A stretch of DNA of 64,000 nucleotides. It comes from Candidatus Pacearchaeota archaeon (lineage in GTDB: Archaea > Nanobdellota > Nanobdellia > Pacearchaeales > GW2011-AR1). How positions within the stretch are numbered: position 1 is the first letter of the stretch; every line of letters starts with the position of its first letter. The notes beneath the pieces were generated by a model, which made no database searches, was not told the DNA's origin, and saw only the letters and a list, made by a program, of their open reading frames with translations. The stretch lies in assembly GCA_023144035.1 (NCBI GenBank), contig JAGLGM010000001.1, positions 65,091 to 129,090 on the forward strand. The letters are read 5' to 3'. A program made the position numbers and the translations under genes. Below, piece by piece: positions 20,101-27,609 of the stretch.

Positions 20101-23100
20101 ATTCCTGTGTTTGAATTACCTGCATAATAACCTATTGCTGTTTGAATAGTTCCTGTATTTGATTTACCTGCTTGATAACCTATTGCAGTTTGATAAGTTC
20201 CTGTGTTTTGATAACCTGCATAATAACCTATTGCTAAAGAAATTAAAGTATCAGAACCTGCTGATTTTCCAACTCCAAAACTATTATTTGTTTCAAAATA
20301 TTCTATAAAATCATCACCACCAAATTTATATGTTTGGTCATTTGGAATTGTTAATCCTCCTGTGAAGTTTCCATCTCCAATTACATTTAATGTGTTTTGT
20401 GGGGTTGTAGTGTTTATACCAACTTTTTCAAAAAAACCATAATCAGAAGTAATATTATAACCTGTATGATTTATATTTTCATGCATGTGAAAAGAAAGAG
20501 GGTCTACTTCATTTCCTATCTTTGGAGTATAACCACTTGAAACATACATTGCATCAATTCTTAATTTGTGTTGAACATTTGCTCCATTGTTATGAGTTAT
20601 TTTAATCATTATTTTATCATCAATTAAATGGTCAGAAGCATCTCTCATATCTGCGCAAGCCCATCTAAAAGTCTCTCCAGACCTAAAAGTAATATAATCT
20701 TCCCAATAACCACCAGTGTCCCAAATTGCTAAATCAAAATCTTCATTATCAGAAATATATCTTACACAAATTCTATTAACCTCACTTGAAACATTTGCTG
20801 TAGTATTTGCATAATATTCTAAACCCTGCGGAACAACCTCTGTTAAATTATAAGTTACAGCATCATAATTATTATATTGTTGTGTTGAAGTCAAACTTCC
20901 CTCTGGCGTTCCATAAACTACAGTTTCAGTTACAAAAAACCAAACATCTCCTAATAATAGTTCATCTAATTTAGATTCATTAAAAGTTAAATTATATCCA
21001 TTAAAATCACTCCAAGTATCTGTTGTCCAATTAAATAATCCATTGAACCAGTTTCCTGTAACATTCCCTGCAATAGAAACATTACCAGAACTAAAATCCC
21101 CCTGAATCAAAGGAACAGCATTTACATTTGCTTGTTGAACTATGAATTGATTAGAATCATTATTATAATATCCTGCTTGATAACCTATTGCTACAACATC
21201 ATCACCTGTGTTATTATAACCTGCTTCATATCCAAATACAGTAATAGAATTACCAGAATTACGAAAAGCACTGCTTCCACCAATTGCAGTTACAGAAAAA
21301 CCTTCATTTTGATAAGCACTATTAGAACCAAATGCTACAATACTATTACCTAATTGATATCCACCTGCTCTATAACCAACAGCAGTAACATATTGTCCCT
21401 CATTATGATTAAGGGCTTGATAACCCACACCAACAGAATAAACACCTGGACTTGAATATCCTGCCCAAGTTCCAATTAAAACATTTCTACCTCCAGTATT
21501 TCCATCACCTGCTCTATAACCAACAGCTGTAACATCATTACCAGTATTTCCATCACCTGCTAAATAACCAAAATATGTAGATTGACTTGTAGGATTTCCA
21601 GATAATGTTCCAACAGATAATGATTTTAATGTATCATTAAATCTAAAGTTACTTGAATATATTTGACCATCTACTTCTAATTTATAATCTGGACTATCTG
21701 TCCCTATCCCAACACTATCTCCAGTATTAGTCAAGAAAACATCAGTTCCTGCCCTACTCCAAGTTGAAGTATTACCAGAGAATGTTCCGAAGAAATTAGA
21801 AGCAGTTACATTCCCTGCAATAGAAACATTACCAGAACTAAAATCCCCCTGAATTAAAGGAACAGCATTTACATTTGCTTGTTGAACTATGAATTGGTCA
21901 TCTAAAACATTATTTTCTCCTGCTTCATAACCAATGAAAACCCCATCATCTCCAGTATTATTATAACCTGCTTGATAACTAATTCCTGTAACTCTAAGTC
22001 CTGTATTTAGATAACCTGCATTATAACCAATAGAAGTTACAAAGGCTCCAGTATTCTTATAACCTGAATTATATCCTATTGAGACTAAAGATTCTCCAAT
22101 GTTCTCAAATCCTGCTTGATAGCCAAATAATGAAACACTTGCCCCAGTGTTTTCACTTCCAGAAGAATGTCCAAAAAAAGTACTTAGTGAACCAGTATTC
22201 TTATAACCTGCTCTATAACCAACAGCGTTAGAACCAGTCCCAGTATTTGTATGTAATGCTCCAATTCCAAAAGCATTTGAATAAGTTCCAGAATTAAAAG
22301 CTAATGCTTGATAACCAACACCACTAGAATATGCTCCAGTATTTGAAAAACCTGTTTGATAACCTAGAAGAGTTGTTTGAGTTAAGATATCTCCAGTTGA
22401 TGAACCAACAACAGTTGATTTTAAAGAATCACTCCAATTAAAATTAGTTGATTTTATACTTCCTATAACTTCAAGTTCTTCACCAGGATTATCAGTCCCT
22501 ATCCCAACATTATCTCCAATATTAGTTAAGAAAACATCAGTTCCTGCCCTACTCCAAGTTGAAGTATTACCCGAGAATGTTCCAAAGAAATTAGAAGCAG
22601 TTACATTCCCTGCAATAGAAACATTACCAGAACTAAAATCCCCCTGTATCAAAGGAACAGCATTTACATTTGCTTGTTGAACTATGAATTGGTCATCTAA
22701 AACATTATTTTCTCCTGCTTCATAACCTAAAGCAACAACATCGTCACCTGTGTTATTTCGTGTTGCTTCTGCACCCAAACCTGTAACCCTATGTCCTGTA
22801 TTATCATGACCTGCATTAGAACCAATTGCTGCTTGATAATCTCCTGTGTTTTCATAACCTGCAAGATAACCCATTGCTGTTTGATAACCTCCTTCATTTA
22901 ATTGACCTGCTTGATTACCTATTGCTGATTGATAGTTTCCAGTATTTGAACGACCTGCATTTACTCCTATTGCTGATTGAAAAGTTCCTGTGTTTTGATA
23001 ACCTGTATAAAAACCTATTGCTGATTGACCATAACCTTCATTTTCATAACCTGCACGATAACCTATTGCTACTTGATTAGTTCCTGTGTTTAAATAACCT

Positions 23101-26100
23101 GCATAATAACCAATACCTAAAGAATATTGAGTATCAGAACCTGATAATTTTCCAACTCCAAAACTCTTATTTGTTTCAAAATATTCTATAAAATCATCAC
23201 CACCAAATTTATATGTTTGGTCATTTGGAATTGTTAATCCTCCTGTGAAGTTTCCATCTCCAATTACATTTAAGGTGTTTTGAGGACTTGTCGTCCCAAC
23301 TCCTAAATAACCTGAACTAAAATCCCCCTGTATCAAAGGAACAGCATTTACATTATCCATTTTTAAAATAAATTGATTATCTAAAATATTATTTTCTCCT
23401 GCTTCGTGACCAATGAAAACTCCACTATCTCCTGTATTATTATAACCTGCTTGATATCCCATTGCAGTTTGATAAGTTCCTGTGTTTAAACGACCTGTTT
23501 CATAACCTATTGCTGATTGATAAACTCCTGAATTTTGATAACCTGCTTGATAACCTATTGCTGATTGAGAACTCCCTGTATTATAACGACCTGCTTGAGA
23601 ACCTATTGCTACTTGATTATTTCCTTCATTTCCATATCCAGCATAATAACCTATTGCTAATTGTAGACTTCCTGTGTTTGAATGACCTGTATAAAGCCCC
23701 ATTACAACTTGATTATCTCCTGTGTTTGAATGACCTGCAAAATAACCTACTGCTGATTGAGAACTCCCTGTATTTTGATAACCTGCCCAATAACCCAATG
23801 CTGATTGCCCTAAACCTTCATTTTCAAAACCTGCTTGATAACCTATTACTGTTTGACGAATACCTATATTTTGATAACCAGCATAATCTCCTATTGCTAA
23901 AGAACGCAAAGTATCAGAACCTGCTAATTTTCCAACTCCAAAACTATTATTTGTTTCAAAATATTCTATAAAATCATCACCACCAAATTTATATGTTTGG
24001 TCATTTGGAATTGTTAATCCTCCTGTGAAGTTTCCATCTCCAATTACATTTAAAGTATTCTGAGGACTTGTCGTACCGATACCTACATTCCCAGAACTAA
24101 AATCCCCCTGAATCAAAGGAACAGCATTTACATTTGCTTGTTGAACTATGAATTGGTCATCTAAAACATTATTCTTTCCAGCTTGATAACCTATTGCTAC
24201 AACATCATTCCCTTTATTATTTTCCCCTGCTTCATATCCTATTGCAGAAACCTGATTACCAGTATTATTCTTTGAAGCATCAGCCCCTATTCCTATAACA
24301 TTATCTCCTGTTTGTAATTGTCCAGCATAATAACCTACTGCAGTTAATTTATCTCCTTCATTTCCATATCCAGCATATTGTCCAACAGAAGTTAAATAAT
24401 TTCCAATATTTAAACGACCAGCATAATTTCCCACAGAAGTCATATAAGTTCCTGTATTAGAAAATCCAGCATAAGCACCAATTGCTAATTGATTAACACC
24501 ACTATTTACCCTTCCTGCTTGATTACCTATTGCTACTTGATTAGCACCAGAATTGGCAACACCTGCATAATAACCTATTGCAACCTCATCTTCCCCAGTA
24601 TTACTACTACCTGCAAAATAACCAATTGCTACTTGATTAGCACCAGAGCTTGAATCACCAGCTCTATAACCTACTGCTGTTTGTTTTGTTAAACCTAATG
24701 TACCTGCATCATCTCCTACAAAAGTATTAGCATAAACTGCATCTGTTCCTTTATCTAATCTTAAGGCAGTAAATCCATCATATAAATAAGCAGAATTATT
24801 ATCTATGTTTATATTGCCAACAACATCTAAATCATAAGAAGGACTATCTGTCCCTATCCCAACACTATCTCCACTATTAGTTAAAAAAACATCAGTTCCT
24901 GCCCTACTCCAAGTTGAAGTATTACCTTCCATTGTTCCAGTAAAATTACCAAAGAAATTATCTGCTGTAACATTTCCATCTACAACCACATTTTCATTAA
25001 AAGTAACTTCTGAATCTGTTACTTCAACTACATTTTCATCATTTGCAATTAAATGCAAACTTGAAGTCCCATAACCTAATCCATAACTTGTCTCCTCTTG
25101 ATTAGGTATAATTGTAGGATTTGTGCTTGAAGTTTCCTCATTAAGAATTGCTCCACTTTTAACAATATTTCCTGAAAGAAAATTCCCTGAAACACTCCCA
25201 AAAGTCACATTACTTGTAAAATTCGCAGGTTTCCAACCAGTTATTTGCGAAGAAGTTAATTCTAAAATATTAGTATCTCCAGCAATAATATTAACACTTG
25301 AACTCCCATAACCTATTCCATAACCTGTTTCTCCTTTATTTGGAAGAATTGTAGGAACAGTTGAAGTAGATTGAACATTAACAAACCCATATGAACCAGC
25401 CACAACACCAGTCAAACTCCCTTGAACAGTCATATCTTGAGTAATATTTACTGAAGAACTATTAAATTCAGCAACATTTATAGAATCAGCAATTAAATGA
25501 ATGCTTTGAGAACCATACCCCAGACCATAACCTGTTTCCCCTTGATTAGGCACAATAGTAGGATTTGTACTTGAAGACCCCTCATTAAGAATTGCTCCAC
25601 TTGTAGCCTCACTTCCTCTTAAAAAATCCCCTCCAAAAGTTACATTTCCTGTGAAGTTTCCATCTCCAATTACATTTAAGGTGTTTTGGGGGTCAGTAGT
25701 TCCAATACCAACTCTCGCAATTCCACCAGTTTCATTAATATTTAATCCATTTACTCCACCAGCAACTAAAGATAATGTATCTTCTCCTGCCCATCCAATA
25801 CCTGTATCTATATCTCCTCTACTTGGTTCTATTGAAGGATAATAAGAAGTTGCTCCTGCTGATTTAAGTCTTGGTCCGCTACTATCTGAAGAATAAAAAC
25901 CCCCTGCAGCAAACCAAAACCTTACACTTCCAGCAGCAAATACTCCTAAAACATCATCTCCATACCTTTCTCCAAAACCAGTATCCCCATCTCCAAATGA
26001 AATAACTGGTTCATTAATTCCAGTATTTGATAAAGATATTTTAGATGCATATAAATCCCCAGTAAAATTCCCATCTCCAATTACATTTAAAGCACTTAGA

Positions 26101-26789
26101 GGATTATCTGTCCCTATCCCAACATTATCACCAATATTAGTTAGAAAAACATCAGTTCCTGCCCTACTCCAAGTTGAAGTATTACCTTCCATTGTTCCAG
26201 TAAAATTACCAAAGAAATTATCTGCTGTGATATTTCCAGTAGTAGTTATATTTCCTATTCCAATAACTTCTCCACTAAAATCTAAATCAGTCACAAACAA
26301 CTTAGAAATCCTTGAAGTTAAACTTCCAAGAAACCCAAAAAAACCAGTACCAGTTGTAGTCACATTATAAGCACCCATATCAAGATTTTGATCTATTTCA
26401 ACTCCACTCAAAGTTATATTCTGTGCTCTAAAAGAATAAGGAGTCCGAGCAATTTTTGAAGAGTCCTTTAAAGCACCATCTCTGTAATAACAAAGATAAT
26501 ATTGCTCATCATAATCAAGAGTAACACTTGGAAGATAATATGAAATTATCCCACGCGTATCAGTTAAAAGAGTTGTAGAATTAGTATAAATTATATTGTC
26601 ACAAGTAGAAGTTGTTGAAATATTAAATACAAAATCAAAAGTCCCTGTAGTAATTGTTCCATTATCAAATGTTGTTTGAATATTTAAATGAATGTCATCA
26701 GTAATTACAGCAGCCATTGTAAAAGAAATTGAAAGAGTTATAACTAAAGTTATTACTAAAATATTATAAAAATGCCTTATTAACTTCAT
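11151..26789 (-). CDS. Giant (5212 aa) repetitive surface fibre protein. Phage tail-fibre-like beta-helix/beta-roll repeats. C-terminal intramolecular chaperone (Peptidase S74-like) domain
   Basis: Single uninterrupted 15.6-kb ORF. N-terminal signal/TM (MKLIRHFYNILVITLVITLSISF). More than 15 copies of VGIGTxxPxNTLNVIGDGNFTG. Long arrays of 14-residue AIGYxAGxxNTGxxQx repeats (YadA-head/Hep_Hag-like). Several ~70-aa modules (FIVQQANVNAVPLIQGDFSSGNVSIAGNVTASNFFGTFSGNTSTWSRAGTDVFLTN...). Hundreds of N-x-S/T sequons. C-terminus (11151..~11600) matches endosialidase chaperone: SSIRWKENI...YFNWKD...IGFIAEELGKIVPEAI...YATGVRSGYLTPILVQATKGQQELI. Confidence 0.85.
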   Translation of the reverse strand: MKLIRHFYNILVITLVITLSISFTMAAVITDDIHLNIQTTFDNGTITTGTFDFVFNISTTSTCDNIIYTNSTTLLTDTRGIISYYLPSVTLDYDEQYYLCYYRDGALKDSSKIARTPYSFRAQNITLSGVEIDQNLDMGAYNVTTTGTGFFGFLGSLTSRISKLFVTDLDFSGEVIGIGNITTTGNITADNFFGNFTGTMEGNTSTWSRAGTDVFLTNIGDNVGIGTDNPLSALNVIGDGNFTGDLYASKISLSNTGINEPVISFGDGDTGFGERYGDDVLGVFAAGSVRFWFAAGGFYSSDSSGPRLKSAGATSYYPSIEPSRGDIDTGIGWAGEDTLSLVAGGVNGLNINETGGIARVGIGTTDPQNTLNVIGDGNFTGNVTFGGDFLRGSEATSGAILNEGSSSTNPTIVPNQGETGYGLGYGSQSIHLIADSINVAEFNSSSVNITQDMTVQGSLTGVVAGSYGFVNVQSTSTVPTILPNKGETGYGIGYGSSSVNIIAGDTNILELTSSQITGWKPANFTSNVTFGSVSGNFLSGNIVKSGAILNEETSSTNPTIIPNQEETSYGLGYGTSSLHLIANDENVVEVTDSEVTFNENVVVDGNVTADNFFGNFTGTMEGNTSTWSRAGTDVFLTNSGDSVGIGTDSPSYDLDVVGNINIDNNSAYLYDGFTALRLDKGTDAVYANTFVGDDAGTLGLTKQTAVGYRAGDSSSGANQVAIGYFAGSSNTGEDEVAIGYYAGVANSGANQVAIGNQAGRVNSGVNQLAIGAYAGFSNTGTYMTSVGNYAGRLNIGNYLTSVGQYAGYGNEGDKLTAVGYYAGQLQTGDNVIGIGADASKNNTGNQVSAIGYEAGENNKGNDVVAIGYQAGKNNVLDDQFIVQQANVNAVPLIQGDFSSGNVGIGTTSPQNTLNVIGDGNFTGGLTIPNDQTYKFGGDDFIEYFETNNSFGVGKLAGSDTLRSLAIGDYAGYQNIGIRQTVIGYQAGFENEGLGQSALGYWAGYQNTGSSQSAVGYFAGHSNTGDNQVVMGLYTGHSNTGSLQLAIGYYAGYGNEGNNQVAIGSQAGRYNTGSSQSAIGYQAGYQNSGVYQSAIGYETGRLNTGTYQTAMGYQAGYNNTGDSGVFIGHEAGENNILDNQFILKMDNVNAVPLIQGDFSSGYLGVGTTSPQNTLNVIGDGNFTGGLTIPNDQTYKFGGDDFIEYFETNKSFGVGKLSGSDTQYSLGIGYYAGYLNTGTNQVAIGYRAGYENEGYGQSAIGFYTGYQNTGTFQSAIGVNAGRSNTGNYQSAIGNQAGQLNEGGYQTAMGYLAGYENTGDYQAAIGSNAGHDNTGHRVTGLGAEATRNNTGDDVVALGYEAGENNVLDDQFIVQQANVNAVPLIQGDFSSGNVSIAGNVTASNFFGTFSGNTSTWSRAGTDVFLTNIGDNVGIGTDNPGEELEVIGSIKSTNFNWSDSLKSTVVGSSTGDILTQTTLLGYQTGFSNTGAYSSGVGYQALAFNSGTYSNAFGIGALHTNTGTGSNAVGYRAGYKNTGSLSTFFGHSSGSENTGASVSLFGYQAGFENIGESLVSIGYNSGYKNTGAFVTSIGYNAGYLNTGLRVTGISYQAGYNNTGDDGVFIGYEAGENNVLDDQFIVQQANVNAVPLIQGDFSSGNVSIAGNVTASNFFGTFSGNTSTWSRAGTDVFLTNTGDSVGIGTDSPDYKLEVDGQIYSSNFRFNDTLKSLSVGTLSGNPTSQSTYFGYLAGDGNTGNDVTAVGYRAGDGNTGGRNVLIGTWAGYSSPGVYSVGVGYQALNHNEGQYVTAVGYRAGGYQLGNSIVAFGSNSAYQNEGFSVTAIGGSSAFRNSGNSITVFGYEAGYNNTGDDVVAIGYQAGYYNNDSNQFIVQQANVNAVPLIQGDFSSGNVSIAGNVTGNWFNGLFNWTTDTWSDFNGYNLTFNESKLDELLLGDVWFFVTETVVYGTPEGSLTSTQQYNNYDAVTYNLTEVVPQGLEYYANTTANVSSEVNRICVRYISDNEDFDLAIWDTGGYWEDYITFRSGETFRWACADMRDASDHLIDDKIMIKITHNNGANVQHKLRIDAMYVSSGYTPKIGNEVDPLSFHMHENINHTGYNITSDYGFFEKVGINTTTPQNTLNVIGDGNFTGGLTIPNDQTYKFGGDDFIEYFETNNSFGVGKSAGSDTLISLAIGYYAGYQNTGTYQTAIGYQAGKSNTGTIQTAIGYYAGNSNTGINQVVIGHSAGYQNTGSSQSALGYNAGRQNSGAYQSAIGYLAGRENTGSFQTVIGYYAGYLNTGHRVTGIGYYATQNNTGDDVVALGYQAGLNNVLDDQFIVQQANVNAVPLIQGDFSSGNVSIAGNVTASNFFGTFSGNTSTWSRAGTDVFLTNSGDNVGIGTDNPSVKLEVSQSVDGKGIQLNGYDDKSAENVQMYVNSVGQGIIMGTNALTFVGNSALILRSTGGNINFDTGDVFYWRDSDDGYTQRMRLASATGVLDLWDSSLNNNVRINPNGNSYINSGNVGINTSTPQNTLNVIGDGNFTGNFSVDNTDLFVDSSTGNVGIGTSTPTRNLDLFESGGGSLHVRFSNDDTGVGSSDGVLFGMSTVEELIFWNYEDTNMRFATNGLERMRIDNTGNVGINTLTPQNTLNVIGDGNFTGGLTIPNDQTYKFGGDDFIEYFETNNSFGIGKLAGSDTLYSLAIGYQAGFSNTGNRQIAIGYQAGLSNTGNQQSAVGYRTGQANTGFNQAALGAYSGYLNTGDYQSAIGYYAGYQNNGTSQVAIGYYAGYDNKADYQSVFGLNAGRENEGVGQSAIGYYAGYSNIGSNQVVFGPYSGHSNTGINQVAIGYQAGYSNQGAYQSTIGFRAGYSNEGSNAIGIGYEAGRLNTGHTITGIGYQAGYNNTGDDVVALGYQAGLNNVLSNQFIVQQANVNAVPLIQGDFSSGNVSIAGNVTASNFFGTFSGNTSTWSRAGTDVFLTNSGDNVGIGTDNPQSLLNLNGTLGSLSGGLTFGDGDTGFYESLDDRLNFVLGGVAKFALKNNRYFGSNVAYGGSLKAEAPTLASLTITFEGDENTGIATAIDGTPDQLSLVAGGVEGIRIDETGGVARVGINTTTPQNTLNVIGDGNFTGNFSVDNTDLFVDSSTGNVGIGTSSPEDKLHIIDTTSGNNIQIFSIEGNQGEIKMKSDDLYDRMSFGLVHNTIPTSGRGVFYTSISGETYARFNFDGVGKLGWGAGSTDIDVDLYRDSADKLRTSDTLIVDGNVGIGTDNPERILHISGSDNIRSRVDTTSNDGSAGFLFNAPANGSDSQLNFATHSDGYAAVPNYAGKGGIQSSGGNLFLTAYTPSTDIEFYVGGRTDSHLRMILKDGGNIGINTATPQNTLNVIGDGNFTGNVTSQVDFCIEGGNCLSSVSGSGSDATWLANWTAYNTTWSSGGDVTWLANWTAYNTTWSSTTNTSYALVNEPLWSSNYTAYNNSWSQGSTWVSNWTAYNTTWSSTTNTSYVPYTGANTNLVLGDNNLSVGGTDFFVNNNDGNVGIGTDNPDTILHLKDSDTHITLQSTGVLDASYGYTIVKDGNGDTIGFSGFDSGSNSDYTIRTTDVADGIEFQTNGSNSRMYINQAGNVGIGTDSPDYNLEIEDATAQIGLTSTDTNGIPFRFLSDDDGSQGRFRLREEGVSASTIMTWLENQNIGIGTDIPGTKLEVNGDIGIGRIAGGYTFRETVGGVERAGIHSDATNELIFKYGAAAEGMRIDSAGNVGIGTDSPGDLLELKKTTAAPNLILNRVQELGDDYSVGGIQFKAKDSTVAAIYSHISGTIEDSAVLLFVTSTGGSISEQMRIDKDGNVGIGTTSPGLNLFGSTGDMTGLTQHIYNSGGNANLVMEGDSVNVIYGDLGGGADDKGILFNVNGGIAKYTSLTDAIGTRVDNILVMDLGTGNVGIGTSSPEASLSIKAPSASNTPGASRLLEFREAGGAGSDWFSFRETAGADLVLDRSPDAGSSWYAIMHWDVNTGNVGIGTTSPQNTLNVIGDGNFTGTIYSNENAVLTSYTETDPYWTGNKSLVAFLGEAETITADWDNTANPWAVNEVHADLLTATEGDAAYAPIGEPLWSANYSARTGTGDVVFSTSPTFVTGITVPANSISDDELNEGATFEWTAAHTFSSTAPITMASGTDIRWVDTGTYIDGTATGMVIESDDTLAMNADTSVTITSPASSFSGDLTVTGGDITFGGTAISESDVGIIDDGTITLTSEVTGTLPVANGGTGLTASVEDSIMVGSGTSTWQTKAIPDCTSGKLLYTVSSNTFSCGTDAIDGGDANLLDGLDATHFYNASNPEGYTSNTGDITGITTTAGTSGLNGGCTSGTCALTFDATDVDGTGLTGSGSVLSVDLGTAIDYTEITVMTEANLYTLLNDVTEFWENGDSVTGAVGANEVWAVGWDGDTSVPEKDDIYDWASGVTTTEMDYLQGVSSDIQTQINTKGATLTDEASLYATLSDVTQFWENGDSVTGAVGANEVWAVGWDGDTSVPEKDDIYDWASGVTTTEMDYLQGVSSDIQTQINTKGATLTDEASLYATLSDVTEFYESGDKVGDADTLDTMDSLDFVAVIGDTMTGDLRIDKADATIYFDTSGTGDAAIRVSGEDLQFIEPEDGNKVWGYFDDDVGLYLTGAPNLNAAGTGTFGGDLVVDTSDLFVDSSTSRVGIGTDSPLNPLHVIGTTNVSGGDLYVDGGDKPIVIYGGYYSAFSDGTIIRMMGMDGTKMLLGPVEDTDAELQIYVGGGYKHSFDIDGKVGINTITPQNILNVVGDGNFTGNFSVDNTDLFVDTSTNRVGIGTANPTEKLHVVGSQIIDPNAAAVGLKIFGDSTFRATFYQDANDIFNIYNYDEDAPAIADLNLGKSSGNAGLYYDASADKWGIGTNSPNALLSLSSAGGANMLSLTDTETTETAANPILSFYYGATPTRLGYIGFGSESHSDLFLNSDLAGIRMRDSTGEVFYINNGNVGIGDTTPLSRLRIGNSGTDASTYSVYIHDGDNTGIYSYGTTYGVYGSGGTTGVYGIGTATGVYGDGNTGMYGTGTTYGVYGDGGTADFYSPHNTYGFGSSIRWKENITEINSQIALDKILNIEGSYFNWKDTGNHDIGFIAEELGKIVPEAIIYENASNSSNWYIDKNGTKMLYATGVRSGYLTPILVQATKGQQELIISQNNTINQLLLDNQAMKKSLCNLGAKEWC
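13096..13587. repeat. Exact tandem duplication of a 246-bp (82-aa) unit inside the giant gene
   Basis: The protein segment FWENGDSVTGAVGANEVWAVGWDGDTSVPEKDDIYDWASGVTTTEMDYLQGVSSDIQTQINTKGATLTDEASLYATLSDVT occurs twice back-to-back. The DNA copies are essentially identical. Confidence 0.85.
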
Positions 26790-27182
26790 CTTTTTTTAAC
26801 TTTTTTTTCAACTGGTTTTCTAACTGGTTTTTTGAGTTTTGAAATAGGATATTTTTTGAAAATTATCTCTTTTTTTTTCACAGAAAGATACCAAACGCTT
26901 GTCATAATATAATATCATAATTATACTATATTATATACTAGGTACTAACTTGGTCCCAAAAGAAAGTAACTTAGGCCCAAAGTGTAAGAAACAAAAAACA
27001 GAAAACTAATTTTACCGACGGTAAGAAACAAAAATGGAAACTTTTCCTACATTTATCTTACATATTAATCTTGTAGGGAAAAAGAAAACCCCTCTTTACT
27101 TACTACTTCTAATAATTTATAATTTGTAATAAGATTTATAAAAGAGAATTCCTTATATTTATTGTATCAAAAAGAGGATAAG
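26790..27182. promoter_or_regulatory. Divergent intergenic/promoter region of the giant gene and the 27183 gene, with short tandem repeats
   Basis: 393 bp non-coding. Tandem taacttggtcccaaaag / taacttaggcccaaag and duplicated gtaagaaacaaaaa boxes at 26945..27033. aactggttttct(n)aactggtttttt near the giant-gene start. TATA-like tttataaaag ~45 bp upstream of 27183. Confidence 0.45.
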
Positions 27183-27371
27183 ATGAAGCAACCAGTTAAA
27201 ATTTATTTAGATTCTGAAACAAAAAAGAAGTTACTGCAAAAAGTAAGTGAAACAGGATTCTCAGGCAGAGGTGCATTAACAAAATTTGTAGAAAAAGTTG
27301 CAGCTGAAGACATTTGTTTTCTTGATGAAAATTTAAAAAAAATGTTAAAAACTCTTTTCCCAAGCAAATAA
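27183..27371 (+). CDS. Small hypothetical protein
   Basis: The ORF-track start at 27162 is TTG. The ATG at 27183 (MKQPVKIYLDSETKKK...) is preferred. No family recognised. Confidence 0.35.
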   Translation: MKQPVKIYLDSETKKKLLQKVSETGFSGRGALTKFVEKVAAEDICFLDENLKKMLKTLFPSK

Positions 27372-27417
27372 TCTTTCTTAAGAACTTTTAAATATACTAA
27401 AAATATCAATCTTTTAT

Positions 27418-27443
27418 GAGCTTATAGCTTAGCCTGGTTAAAC
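27418..27443 (+). repeat. Degenerate copy of the 5' 26 nt of tRNA-Ile (gagcttatagcttagcctggttaaac)
   Basis: 4 mismatches versus 27489..27514. Lacks the rest of a tRNA. Confidence 0.55.
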
Positions 27444-27488
27444 TGAAATTAAAATTTAGTAATCATTCTGGCTATAACAAACACTGAA

Positions 27489-27609
27489 GAGCCTATAGCT
27501 CAGCCTGGTTAGAGCGCTGGTCTTATATGAATGCAGTCCATGAGGATTGTTCTCTTTTGGATTCGTCTAAGAGAGCCAGAGGTCCTCGGTTCAAATCCGA
27601 GTAGGCTCA
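27489..27609 (+). tRNA. tRNA-Ile (anticodon UAU) with ~46-nt intron at canonical position 37/38
   Basis: Hand-folded. Acceptor GAGCCTA/TAGGCTC+A. D-arm GCTC-AGCCTGGTTA-GAGC. Anticodon stem CTGGT/GCCAG, loop CTTATA|intron|A. T-arm CTCGG-TTCAAAT-CCGAG. Anticodon call depends on the intron boundary. Confidence 0.6.

Noticed and set aside
11499-25842. Plus-strand ORFs listed inside the giant gene (e.g. 11499..11777, 16109..16333, 18590..18787, 22826..23080, 23462..23971 with repetitive LLDNLL… products, 25123..25311, 25651..25842)
   Set aside because: They are antisense to one continuous 15.6-kb minus-strand ORF with strong protein-level features. Their periodic Leu/Asn/Asp-rich products simply mirror the sense-strand repeats, and they lack start contexts.
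27418-27470. Considered the upstream tRNA-Ile-like sequence as a split/permuted tRNA half, as in Nanoarchaeum
   Set aside because: The D-stem cannot pair (GCTT vs AAAC). There is no matching 3' half elsewhere in the window. The downstream gene is a complete intron-containing tRNA. A degenerate duplication is the simpler explanation.
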